In this document: in pieces, positions 16,758 through 24,786 of the stretch
Layout: each line of letters begins with the position of its first letter
Position numbering within the stretch: the first letter of the stretch is position 1
Assembly: GCA_964537625.1 (NCBI GenBank)
Contig: CAZIAF010000004.1
Location: forward strand, 1 to 33,431
Direction of reading: 5' to 3'
DNA: 33,431 bases
Source of the DNA: an uncultured Candidatus Bathyarchaeia archaeon
Lineage (GTDB): Archaea; Thermoproteota; Bathyarchaeia; TCS64
Position numbers and translations under genes: made by a program
Notes under the pieces: generated by a model
Told to the model about the DNA's origin: nothing
The model's input: only the letters and a program-made list of their open reading frames with translations
Databases searched by the model: none

Positions 16758-17516
16758 ATGAGAGCACCGAAAGCCGTCTCGATCGTCGGCTTTAAGAACG
16801 CTGGCAAAACCCAGGTCGTCGAAGCCCTCGTAGCTGAACTAACCAAACGAAGCTACATTGTTGGTACACTCAAACATACCGCCGAAAGTCTCCCGCTCGA
16901 CAAAAAGAGTACTGACACTTGGCGCCACGCCGAGGCCGGCGCCTTCGCTTCGGCTATACTATCCGAAAAACGCACAGCAATCTTCTTGCAGCGAGCGATT
17001 ACGATACAGAAAGCTGTGGATTCATTGGGTGAGGTTGATTTCATCGTTCTTGAGGGATTCAAAACACTCGATACAGTCTCGAGGATTATCGTACCAAGAG
17101 AACAGGCTGAGATCAAGAAGCTATCAAACGGCTTGGAGATCGCCGTAGTCGATGTAAACGGAATCAAACCGTATAGCGTTTCTGTACCCTCTCTGAATCT
17201 TAATAACGTAAAGGAGCTTGCTGACATCATAGAAAGCCGGGCTTTCCCGCCTCTAGCCGGCTTGAACTGTAAAGCCTGTGGCTATCCGTCGTGTCGTGAG
17301 ATGGGGAGGGCTGTTCTCGCAAGCGAAGCCAACCCTTTGAAATGCGTCAAATACGCCTTAGATATGACCCTAAAGATAAATGGTTCACCTGTGCCCATCA
17401 ATTCTTTCGTCCAGTCTGCGCTCAGGAATATTGTCCTAGGTTTCATCAAAACTCTTAAAGAAACCAGAGAACCGAGGCATGTGGAGCTTGAATTCGAGGT
17501 GACAGATGACGACTGA
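16758..17516 (+). CDS. mobB: Molybdopterin-guanine dinucleotide biosynthesis protein B with a C-terminal putative Fe-S domain
   Basis: P-loop GFKNAGKT, LKH, DTWRH.EAGA, LEGFK; LNCKACGYPSC...C cluster; C-terminal INSFVQ..L.N domain. Confidence 0.85.
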   Translation: MRAPKAVSIVGFKNAGKTQVVEALVAELTKRSYIVGTLKHTAESLPLDKKSTDTWRHAEAGAFASAILSEKRTAIFLQRAITIQKAVDSLGEVDFIVLEGFKTLDTVSRIIVPREQAEIKKLSNGLEIAVVDVNGIKPYSVSVPSLNLNNVKELADIIESRAFPPLAGLNCKACGYPSCREMGRAVLASEANPLKCVKYALDMTLKINGSPVPINSFVQSALRNIVLGFIKTLKETREPRHVELEFEVTDDD

Positions 17517-18237
17517 GGAACTCCAAATCTGTGTCGACAGCAACGAGGCTTCAAACCGACGCGACATAGTCAACATGCTCCGTCTCTCCGGCGTCCATGT
17601 CGACGTCCAGAAGCTACCTGTTTGCGACTATGTTGTCTCGGACCGGGTAGGCATTGAGAGAAAAGACGCGAACGACTTCCTGAGTAGTGTAAAAGATGGT
17701 CGTCTCTTTAGTCAGGCGAAGGTCATGGCTGATGTATATGAAAAGCCTGTGCTAATCCTCGAAGGGCAGGTCAGCAAGGCGTTGAAGAGAAGTGCCATGA
17801 AACCCGCCGCAGTCTTCGGGGCACTCAGTAGCATCGCCCTCGACTATGGTTTCAGCATAATTCCCACGGAAGACGCCAACGACACTGCTTTACTCCTACA
17901 ACGCCTCGCCTACCGTGAACAGGCGAAGGAGAATCGGGCAATCCAACTTCGAGTCATCGACAGGAGTCTCCCCCTCCACAAGCAGCAGTTATTCCTACTA
18001 TCTGGTTTCCCCCAGATCGGCATCACCTCAGCAGAAGTTTTACTCGATAGATTCGATACCCCCCTGAGGGTCATCGAGGAGTTCGCTTCAGCTGAGATCC
18101 ATGTTTCCTCAAGTGGAAAGACGAAGAAGCTATGTGGACCCTTAACCGAGGTAAAAGGCATAGGCCCAACGATCGTCGAGTACGCCCAGATTCTCTTACG
18201 AAGCAGCTACAAAGCCTGCTTACAGAGCGAAGAGTAG
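17506..18237 (+). CDS. xpf: ERCC4-domain endonuclease, short (helicase-less) XPF
   Basis: VDSNE, DYVVSDRVGIERKD.NDF.SS..DGRLF.Q, ILEG, and two HhH motifs (FPQIG, VKGIGP). Confidence 0.88.
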   Translation: MTTEELQICVDSNEASNRRDIVNMLRLSGVHVDVQKLPVCDYVVSDRVGIERKDANDFLSSVKDGRLFSQAKVMADVYEKPVLILEGQVSKALKRSAMKPAAVFGALSSIALDYGFSIIPTEDANDTALLLQRLAYREQAKENRAIQLRVIDRSLPLHKQQLFLLSGFPQIGITSAEVLLDRFDTPLRVIEEFASAEIHVSSSGKTKKLCGPLTEVKGIGPTIVEYAQILLRSSYKACLQSEE

Positions 18238-18239
18238 AA

Positions 18240-19418
18240 TCATGCTGGATGAGTCTTCTCTTGGCGGGAATTCGATTTGAATGCCATCAATAATACAATG
18301 TTCAAGACATTAACACCAGCAGCGATATAGAATGCGGTCAATGGCCCGATTTCGTATAGGATCATGAATAGTATGGGGCCAGCAAAGCCACCAATATCTT
18401 GGAATGTTCGGAAAAGCCCGACTGCTCCCCCCCTCACCGATGGTGGTGCAATATCTGTTAAAAGTGCAATTAAAGTGGTCATCCCGAAGCCCTCTCCGAG
18501 TCCCTCAATGAAACCTAAGAAAAGCAGGAGTTCGTAACTACTTGTCAAAGTGAATGTAAACAAGGTGAAGCCACAAACAGTGAACCCCGCAATTAGGACC
18601 GGTAATCTTCCGACCCTATCTGATAGGATACCCGCGGAGATGAGCGAGATGACCTGACCGGCAATCCTGGCACTGAGAATCACGCCTATTGCTGAGACTG
18701 TGAAGGACAACTCCCTATTCAGATAGAGCTGGAAGACTGTCTGAAAGATGCCCTGCATGATCAACATACGGAGGACGGTACTGAGACAGACTATGAGAAT
18801 TCCCCGGTCGCCAATAGACTTTAAAACAACTCGAAGTGATGGACGCTCCCTGACGACGATTTCCTTCTCGACGATCTTCATGCCACTGGATTTCCAAGCG
18901 ATGAGGAGGGAGATCACAGTCAGTAGGAGAGTGAAGTAGAAGACCTGGTTGAAGGTAAGATAGACGGCGAGGAAAGCACCTATTGGGGCACCAATGAAGC
19001 TACCGACGAACTCGATTCCCTGGAATAAGCCAAGTGCCCTGCCTCTGATCTTAGAGGGAAGAATATCCATTAGCAACGCTGTGTTGTTCATGAAGTAGAA
19101 TGCGGTCCCCATTCCCCAAACACCACGGCCAATGATCAATAGCCAGATGTTATTCGCCTGACTGCAAAGAATCGGACCAAGGCAGCTTAAACCTATCCCG
19201 AAAACCAGTAATCGCCGTCTCCCGATCCGATCACTGATTATTCCCGCGGGAAGTTCAAGGAATATTCGACTAAAGAACCATGCTGATATGACGAGGCCGA
19301 CTAGAACACCTGAGGGGTCGAGGTCTTCAGCTAGGATCGGCAGAAATGAGGCAGGTAAGCTCATTCCCATCATTATTGCGAAACCTACGAAGACAAGTTC
19401 CCAATAAACCGAAGGCAT
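18240..19418 (-). CDS. Major facilitator superfamily transporter (DHA1-like)
   Basis: Motif A in both halves (GIISDRIGRR, GILSDRVGRL), RGRALG and RGGAVG; about 12 hydrophobic segments. The start may lie further upstream. Confidence 0.9.
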   Translation of the reverse strand: MPSVYWELVFVGFAIMMGMSLPASFLPILAEDLDPSGVLVGLVISAWFFSRIFLELPAGIISDRIGRRRLLVFGIGLSCLGPILCSQANNIWLLIIGRGVWGMGTAFYFMNNTALLMDILPSKIRGRALGLFQGIEFVGSFIGAPIGAFLAVYLTFNQVFYFTLLLTVISLLIAWKSSGMKIVEKEIVVRERPSLRVVLKSIGDRGILIVCLSTVLRMLIMQGIFQTVFQLYLNRELSFTVSAIGVILSARIAGQVISLISAGILSDRVGRLPVLIAGFTVCGFTLFTFTLTSSYELLLFLGFIEGLGEGFGMTTLIALLTDIAPPSVRGGAVGLFRTFQDIGGFAGPILFMILYEIGPLTAFYIAAGVNVLNIVLLMAFKSNSRQEKTHPA

Positions 19419-19678
19419 CGTTGTTGGAGAGAGCTTCTCAACAATCCGCTTGATGAACCCTAAAACAGGAGCCTCCGAGATAGCGGGAAGTGCTCACGAA
19501 AGCAATAAAAACTCTACTTTGCTTCTAGAGAAGAAAAGAGTTATTTACTTTTTCTTTAAAACAATCGAACATATGAAGCTGCCTTCTACGACTTTTTCAT
19601 CATAATTTTACTCATATTAATAGAAGATTGAGCAAATCGGAGAGGAATTTTTAGGTCGATCTAGTCCTAATAATGACC

Positions 19679-20239
19679 CTAATATTGGATTCCCTCATCT
19701 GTCACGAATTCTATTGGTGTTTTGATCTCAACTATCTCGTTCACAAACTCCGCTCTGTCGATAAGCTCTTTTGACGCATATCTACCCGTTAGAACGACCG
19801 TTGTCTTCTCCGGGATAATCTCTAGGATATCCAGTACAGAGGAGACGGTGAGTAGCTCAGATTTTACTGCAAGACATAACTCATCCAGTATGAGTAAGTC
19901 GGTTTTACCTTCTCTTAGTTTTCGCTGGGCGAAATCCAACCCCTCTTGTGCAGCCTTTTTATCTTCCTCGGAAGGTTCCCTCGTTAAAAATGCCGATTCC
20001 ACAATAGAGTCCTCTTTTCCAAGCTTTAGCCACCCTGGTCTGCCAAACTGACGTATCTCATAAAAGTCGGAAATCATATCCCTAATTTTATACTCCCCTG
20101 TCTCCTTGTACCATTTCATGAACTGAACCACAACTACTTTGTGTCTGTGACCCACCGACCTGAATGCTAACCCTAGGGCGTTTGTTGTTTTACCTCCACC
20201 AGTCCCATAGTAAAGATAAATGTAACCCGTTTTAATCAC
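19679..20239 (-). CDS. cobA: ATP:cob(I)alamin adenosyltransferase, CobA/BtuR type
   Basis: YYGTGGGKTTNALG.A.R..G, VQFMK....GE, LILDEL, VLTGR, EGIQY. GTG 20239 overlaps the nrdJ stop (GTGA). Confidence 0.9.
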   Translation of the reverse strand: MIKTGYIYLYYGTGGGKTTNALGLAFRSVGHRHKVVVVQFMKWYKETGEYKIRDMISDFYEIRQFGRPGWLKLGKEDSIVESAFLTREPSEEDKKAAQEGLDFAQRKLREGKTDLLILDELCLAVKSELLTVSSVLDILEIIPEKTTVVLTGRYASKELIDRAEFVNEIVEIKTPIEFVTDEGIQY

Positions 20240-22338
20240 CCGCATGTCTCGCAAACTATCGATGGTTTTCCACCAGCGTAAACTTCGTCTGCACTTGTGT
20301 ACCTTTTTTTGTTCCCGGATTTGATGCCTAGGTTAAGCACCTGCTCCTTTTTGCTCCCGTATCTATAGACTGTGACTCCCTTACACCTAAGTGCATATGC
20401 GAGGTAGAAGACAGCCTCAACGTCCTTAACCGAAGCATTCTCGGGGAGATTAACAGTCTTGGAGACTGCATTATCGATGTGTCTCTGGAATGCTGCCTGG
20501 ATCTTAACGTGCCACTCGGGTGGGATCTCGTGTGCCGTAACGAAAATTCTCTTAACCCATTCGGGTACGCCCTTAACGTCTTTCGCTGTACCGGTCCTCG
20601 CAATATCATCGACGATGTCACCACTATAGAATCCATTTTTCTTGGCGAGTTGTTCGTATAATGGATTGAGCTCCAGGAGCTTTGCTCCATCGAGGACATT
20701 CCTGATGAAGCCGATTGCGAAGATGGGTTCGATGCCTGATGAGCAGCCTGCAATAATACTGATGGTTCCTGTAGGGGCGATTGTAGTGATTGTCGCATTT
20801 CTTCTCCTCTTTGTGGTTTCCTTCCAAATACTCTTCTCAGTGTTCGGGAAGGGACCTCGACGAGCTGCGAGATCCTCCGATGCTTTTCCCGCTTCCTCAA
20901 CGAGGAAGGCTGCAATTTTTTCCCCGAGCTCAACTGCTTGCTGTGAGTCGTAAGGTACACCGAGCCTGATCAGGAACTCGGCGAAGCCCATTACACCCAA
21001 ACCTATCTTCCTATTTGCCCTAGTTAACTGACCTACTTCAGGAATGGGGTAGGAGTTGACGTCGATCACGTTGTCGAGGAAGTGTACAGCTATCCAGATT
21101 ATCTCTCTAAATCTACGCCAGTTGATCTCTCCGAACTCATCGACTATCTTGAGGAGGTTGATGCTCCCTAGGTTGCATGACTCGTAGGGGAGAAGAGGCT
21201 GTTCGCCGCATGGGTTAGTGGCGTCTATTCTTCCTACGAGAGGAGTTGGGTTGTGTCTGTTAATCTCGTCTATGAAAACGATGCCTGGATCTCCACTCCT
21301 CCAGGCACACTCGATGATCTGATCCCAGACGTACCTAGCGTCGAGTCTTCGAATGGTTTCCCCATTTCTAGGGTTGATAAGCTCATAGTTTTTGTTCTCC
21401 TCTAGGGCTTTCATGAACTCATCCGTTACCGCGACAGAGACATTGAAGTTAGTGAGTATTCCTTCCTCGGTTTTCGCTGAAATGAACTCTAGAATGTCTG
21501 GGTGGTCGATGCGAAGAATCGCCATCATTGCGCCACGTCTACGCCCCCCCGCTTTGATAACTTCTGTTGTGGCGTCGAATATTTTCATGAAACTCAGTGG
21601 TCCTGAAGCGACACCCTTAGTCGATTTGACTAAGTCTCCTTTTGGTCTTAGCCGTGAGAAGTCGAACCCGACGCCTCCGCCTGTCTGCTCGATCAAAGCC
21701 ATATTTTTAACAGCTGTAAAGATACTCTCAAGGGAGTCGTTTACCGGGAGGACGTAGCAGGCTGATAATGCAAATTTTGTACCGGTACCAGCGTTGAAGA
21801 GGGTTGGGGAGTTAGGCAGGAACTCGAGTTTGCTCATCACTGAGTAGAACTCCTTCTCCGCCTTCTGCGGGTCATCACCATATCTCTTTTCTGCTCTAGC
21901 GATCGCGTGGGCGACTCGTTTAAACATCTGTACAGGAGTTTCCACGATTTCGCCCTCGTCGTTTTTCAGTAGGTACCTCTTCTTGAGGACCTCGAGGGAG
22001 TTCACTGTCAGTTTGAGGTCCTCCTCGAGCTGTAACTCTCCTTTAACTTTCCGGATCTCCGCTTTCTTCTCCCTGTATTCCTCGTACTCCCTAGCCACTT
22101 TCTCATATCCTAATTTTCCGAATGTCTCAACGACTATATCCTGAATGTCCTCGACTGTGGGTGTCTTACTCAAGAATCTCTCTACAAGTTTCGTAACAAC
22201 CTCATCGGAGATCCTCTTTGAGTACTCCCCATCTTTGGATCCCGATGCTACGAGGGCCTTATGGACTGCGTCGGTTATTCGCTCCTGTTCGAATTCGACT
22301 ATTCTGCCGTTTCTCTTCCGGACTTGAGTGATCTCCAT
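20236..22338 (-). CDS. nrdJ: Adenosylcobalamin-dependent (class II) ribonucleotide reductase with an N-terminal ATP-cone
   Basis: ATP-cone [11 protein letters not shown]; [49 protein letters not shown]; C-terminal CETC; no intein. Confidence 0.95.
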   Translation of the reverse strand: MEITQVRKRNGRIVEFEQERITDAVHKALVASGSKDGEYSKRISDEVVTKLVERFLSKTPTVEDIQDIVVETFGKLGYEKVAREYEEYREKKAEIRKVKGELQLEEDLKLTVNSLEVLKKRYLLKNDEGEIVETPVQMFKRVAHAIARAEKRYGDDPQKAEKEFYSVMSKLEFLPNSPTLFNAGTGTKFALSACYVLPVNDSLESIFTAVKNMALIEQTGGGVGFDFSRLRPKGDLVKSTKGVASGPLSFMKIFDATTEVIKAGGRRRGAMMAILRIDHPDILEFISAKTEEGILTNFNVSVAVTDEFMKALEENKNYELINPRNGETIRRLDARYVWDQIIECAWRSGDPGIVFIDEINRHNPTPLVGRIDATNPCGEQPLLPYESCNLGSINLLKIVDEFGEINWRRFREIIWIAVHFLDNVIDVNSYPIPEVGQLTRANRKIGLGVMGFAEFLIRLGVPYDSQQAVELGEKIAAFLVEEAGKASEDLAARRGPFPNTEKSIWKETTKRRRNATITTIAPTGTISIIAGCSSGIEPIFAIGFIRNVLDGAKLLELNPLYEQLAKKNGFYSGDIVDDIARTGTAKDVKGVPEWVKRIFVTAHEIPPEWHVKIQAAFQRHIDNAVSKTVNLPENASVKDVEAVFYLAYALRCKGVTVYRYGSKKEQVLNLGIKSGNKKRYTSADEVYAGGKPSIVCETCG

Positions 22339-22367
22339 CTTAAACGAATATTTTCCGTTAACCGCCG

Positions 22368-22376
22368 TATTTATAA
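22368..22376 (-). promoter_or_regulatory. TATA box of nrdJ
   Basis: TTATAAATA on the - strand, 29 nt upstream of ATG 22338. Confidence 0.6.
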
Positions 22377-22398
22377 CACGCGCAGTCAGGTGTCACCG

Positions 22399-23562
22399 TT
22401 ATTCCCTATAGGAATATAGATCAAGGGGGAGCTGGCCAGTCATTTTCGACTCTTTAATAAGGAAGTCTCGGAGTTCGATCTCGTCCTTGAAGATACGGGT
22501 GCTATACCACTCAAAGAAGGGACTTGGTTCGTAGGGGTAATAGACGTAAACGAGTTTAGCGAGGCTCTTAGCGTAGACCATCTCACACATGACACCGGCG
22601 CTGATGCTTTGACGGGGGTGGTACACGACGACTATCTGACTGTTCTCTATGAGCTTATAGTCACTGTCTATTATCTGGAAACGAAGGTTCTTAATCGCAG
22701 CCTCCACCTCAGCGGTGTCAAGAATGACCTTCTTTGGACCATCCATGTAGACGATTCGGACTTGGATCCTGCTCGGTCTCGCCTCATGGAGGTCGATAGC
22801 GCTGTTCAATGCGTCGCGCCAAGACTCAACTATTTCCCAATCCTTGATCATTGAGGGATCGAAGACAACGTAGTAAGTTTCAAGGCTCTTCATAAACTTG
22901 CTTACTGCCTTGAAGAAATCTGTCCCTTCACCGGAAATTGGATGACTGAGGTAGACTTTTTCCTTCCGGTAGTTGTAGATGAGGTCACGGAGGAAATCTG
23001 GGCCGTTCTCGTAGGCTACTATCTGGACCTCCCTGTGAGGCTTAAAACTCTTGGCGATCTCGTAAACGCCAGCCATCTCCTCACGGCGCCAGTTGGCTAT
23101 CTCGCCGAGGGTGTACCTGTGCTCCATCCACTGCTGGTCTTGAGCTAGCCTATCACGGACTCTGATGATGTCATCGAAAATTACTACGAATAGCTCAGGG
23201 TCGAGCTCACGAATGTCGTCGTCGCTGATCCCCTTGAAGCGGTTTCCTTTCCACTCGAAGTGGTAAGGGGTACTGACGATGTGGACACCTACACGATCCC
23301 GGATCTCCACCAAGATCCGAGCTATCGCTGCCTTGCGGAGGGACTCCATCTTCTCGGGCTGGCTGTCGTAGAAGTCGAGAATGTTAAGCTTGGTGAGGTT
23401 TGTGCCCTCTAAGCGCGCTTCCTCGACGATGTACTCGAATAGGTGGTAGTAGTTGAAACCCGATTTTTCCTTCATTTTTACGAGCATCTCGTCCCTCCCA
23501 TTTCCAGGGGGACCGGTGCAGATGATTACCCTCCGAGCCGACATTTTCAGCTCTCTAGACAT
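22399..23562 (-). CDS. Fusion of an archaeal adenylate-kinase-like P-loop domain and a nucleoside 2-deoxyribosyltransferase/N-glycosidase-like domain
   Basis: N-terminal IICTGPPGNGRD, VHIVSTP, ELDPELFVVI, WRREE (AdkA-like layout). C-terminal KVYLSHPI, VVFDP, DYKLIENSQIVVVY, ISAGVMCEMVYA...KLVYVY (NDT/DNPH1-like layout). Confidence 0.65.
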   Translation of the reverse strand: MSRELKMSARRVIICTGPPGNGRDEMLVKMKEKSGFNYYHLFEYIVEEARLEGTNLTKLNILDFYDSQPEKMESLRKAAIARILVEIRDRVGVHIVSTPYHFEWKGNRFKGISDDDIRELDPELFVVIFDDIIRVRDRLAQDQQWMEHRYTLGEIANWRREEMAGVYEIAKSFKPHREVQIVAYENGPDFLRDLIYNYRKEKVYLSHPISGEGTDFFKAVSKFMKSLETYYVVFDPSMIKDWEIVESWRDALNSAIDLHEARPSRIQVRIVYMDGPKKVILDTAEVEAAIKNLRFQIIDSDYKLIENSQIVVVYHPRQSISAGVMCEMVYAKSLAKLVYVYYPYEPSPFFEWYSTRIFKDEIELRDFLIKESKMTGQLPLDLYSYRE

Positions 23563-23818
23563 CCCCTGACTCTTTAATTTTTATATCCTCATAGGGACCT
23601 ACCATCCTGCGATAGAACTCTAGCTTTATGCATTCAAGGACACCGACTGCGCGGTTGTAGTTGAAATATTTGGGTGGATAGACTCCCTTCAATATCCGGG
23701 TGACACAATAATTAAGTTCACCATCGACCCTTTCAACGGGCTGGGCTTTCAACATCTCAATGATCTCGGTTAATACCTTATCATACTTGGGTCTGTCTTC
23801 AGGTCTGATGTAGGGCAT
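23555..23818 (-). CDS. Small conserved helical protein (DUF6899-like, from memory)
   Basis: MPYIRPEDR...GELNY..TR...YN...GVLEC.KLEFYRR...PYED.KI.E.GDV. ATG 23818 is preceded by an SD-like GAGGT; the stop overlaps the next start. Confidence 0.72.
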   Translation of the reverse strand: MPYIRPEDRPKYDKVLTEIIEMLKAQPVERVDGELNYCVTRILKGVYPPKYFNYNRAVGVLECIKLEFYRRMVGPYEDIKIKESGDV

Positions 23819-24086
23819 CTCTTTTACCTCTACTACAATGTTAGCGGATTGATGTTTTAGCATTTGCATACTACATTAAAGTGGGATCGATGAAAACTCT
23901 GAGTACAAAAACTCGCCATTGAACCAATGAATACAGTCCCCAATAGGGGTAATATTCCTAGCTTTCTCTTCTCAGAATCAAATTAATCGAAATAATACTT
24001 GGAAAACCGTCTTTCTTATCAAAAAATGCAAATTTGACTCATCGAAGAAACACTTTAATGCCCTACATCTCTGACCCTACGTATTA

Positions 24087-24162
24087 GAGCCCGTAGCCCA
24101 GCGGATAAGGCGTCGGCCTCCGAAGCCGGAGAGCGTGGGTTCGAATCCCACCGGGCTCGCCA
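24087..24162 (+). tRNA. tRNA-Arg (anticodon CCG), intronless, CCA encoded
   Basis: Acceptor stem GAGCCCG/CGGGCTC; anticodon arm TCGGC-CTCCGAA-GCCGG; T arm GTGGG-TTCGAAT-CCCAC; discriminator G plus CCA; TTTAAT upstream at 24054-24059. Confidence 0.96.
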
Positions 24163-24630
24163 CTAAAACTTCTCAGATGTCTCAGGCAACGTCTCATAGA
24201 GGTCAAAGAATCTCTTTGAATAACTCGGGTCTATGCCCTGCTCCCGCATCCCTTCCACCATGTACCCGACGTATTTCTTCGATGCTTTATAAGGTCCCTC
24301 AGGCTTTACCACTCTATATAGGTCGGCTTTATACCACTTACAATTCTCACCAATCACCATGAATTCCTCCCGTTTGTATACCCCGAGCGGTACCTTCTCC
24401 AGAATGTCGAGTGCCTCGATCTCCTTCGGGTCAACCTCATAGATGACGCCGTGTACCATTTCTCCAGGTGCCTCAATGATGGTGCTTATTCCGCCCTTTA
24501 GGTTGTCTGAATATCTCCTAAATTCGATGTGGTAGTTGGGGAGAAAAGCACGCATGATTAAGGTAGCGCTAGGTGTGTAGCTTCTAACATACTTGGTTGA
24601 GAGGTTGGAGCCATAGCCGAAGTAGAGCAT
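24163..24630 (-). CDS. Gamma-glutamylcyclotransferase (AIG2-like) family protein
   Basis: YFGYGSNL, VHGVIYEV, LDILE (catalytic Glu) ...Y, and SKKY near the C-terminus. Confidence 0.85.
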   Translation of the reverse strand: MLYFGYGSNLSTKYVRSYTPSATLIMRAFLPNYHIEFRRYSDNLKGGISTIIEAPGEMVHGVIYEVDPKEIEALDILEKVPLGVYKREEFMVIGENCKWYKADLYRVVKPEGPYKASKKYVGYMVEGMREQGIDPSYSKRFFDLYETLPETSEKF

Positions 24631-24786
24631 CGCATATCTAAAAGGCTGAGTTAATATGAAGTTACCCTCTTACCGTCATCTTTTGTCAATTGACTCGGAT
24701 GCCATTTTTTTAATCGAATCCATAGGAGCGTAACTCTCTTTAACGTGATCTCTACTCGCCTTACTGGACAACCGAGTGAGTTTGCC

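Noticed and set aside
19512-19678. AT-rich spacers (also 13557-13726, 23870-24086, 26719-26945) considered as CRISPR arrays, ncRNAs or replication origins
   Set aside because: No regularly spaced repeats, ORB-like boxes or convincing stable structure were seen; they fit promoter/terminator DNA.
22339-22398. Cobalamin riboswitch upstream of nrdJ-cobA
   Set aside because: The gap is only 60 nt and mostly promoter; no B12 box is visible.
24087-24162. tRNA as the attachment site of an integrated element, or as an intron-containing tRNA
   Set aside because: No integrase or duplicated tRNA end was seen in the window, and the cloverleaf is complete without an intron.
24135-24362. 75-aa ORF starting inside the tRNA
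   Set aside because: It overlaps the tRNA and is antisense to the GGCT-family gene.
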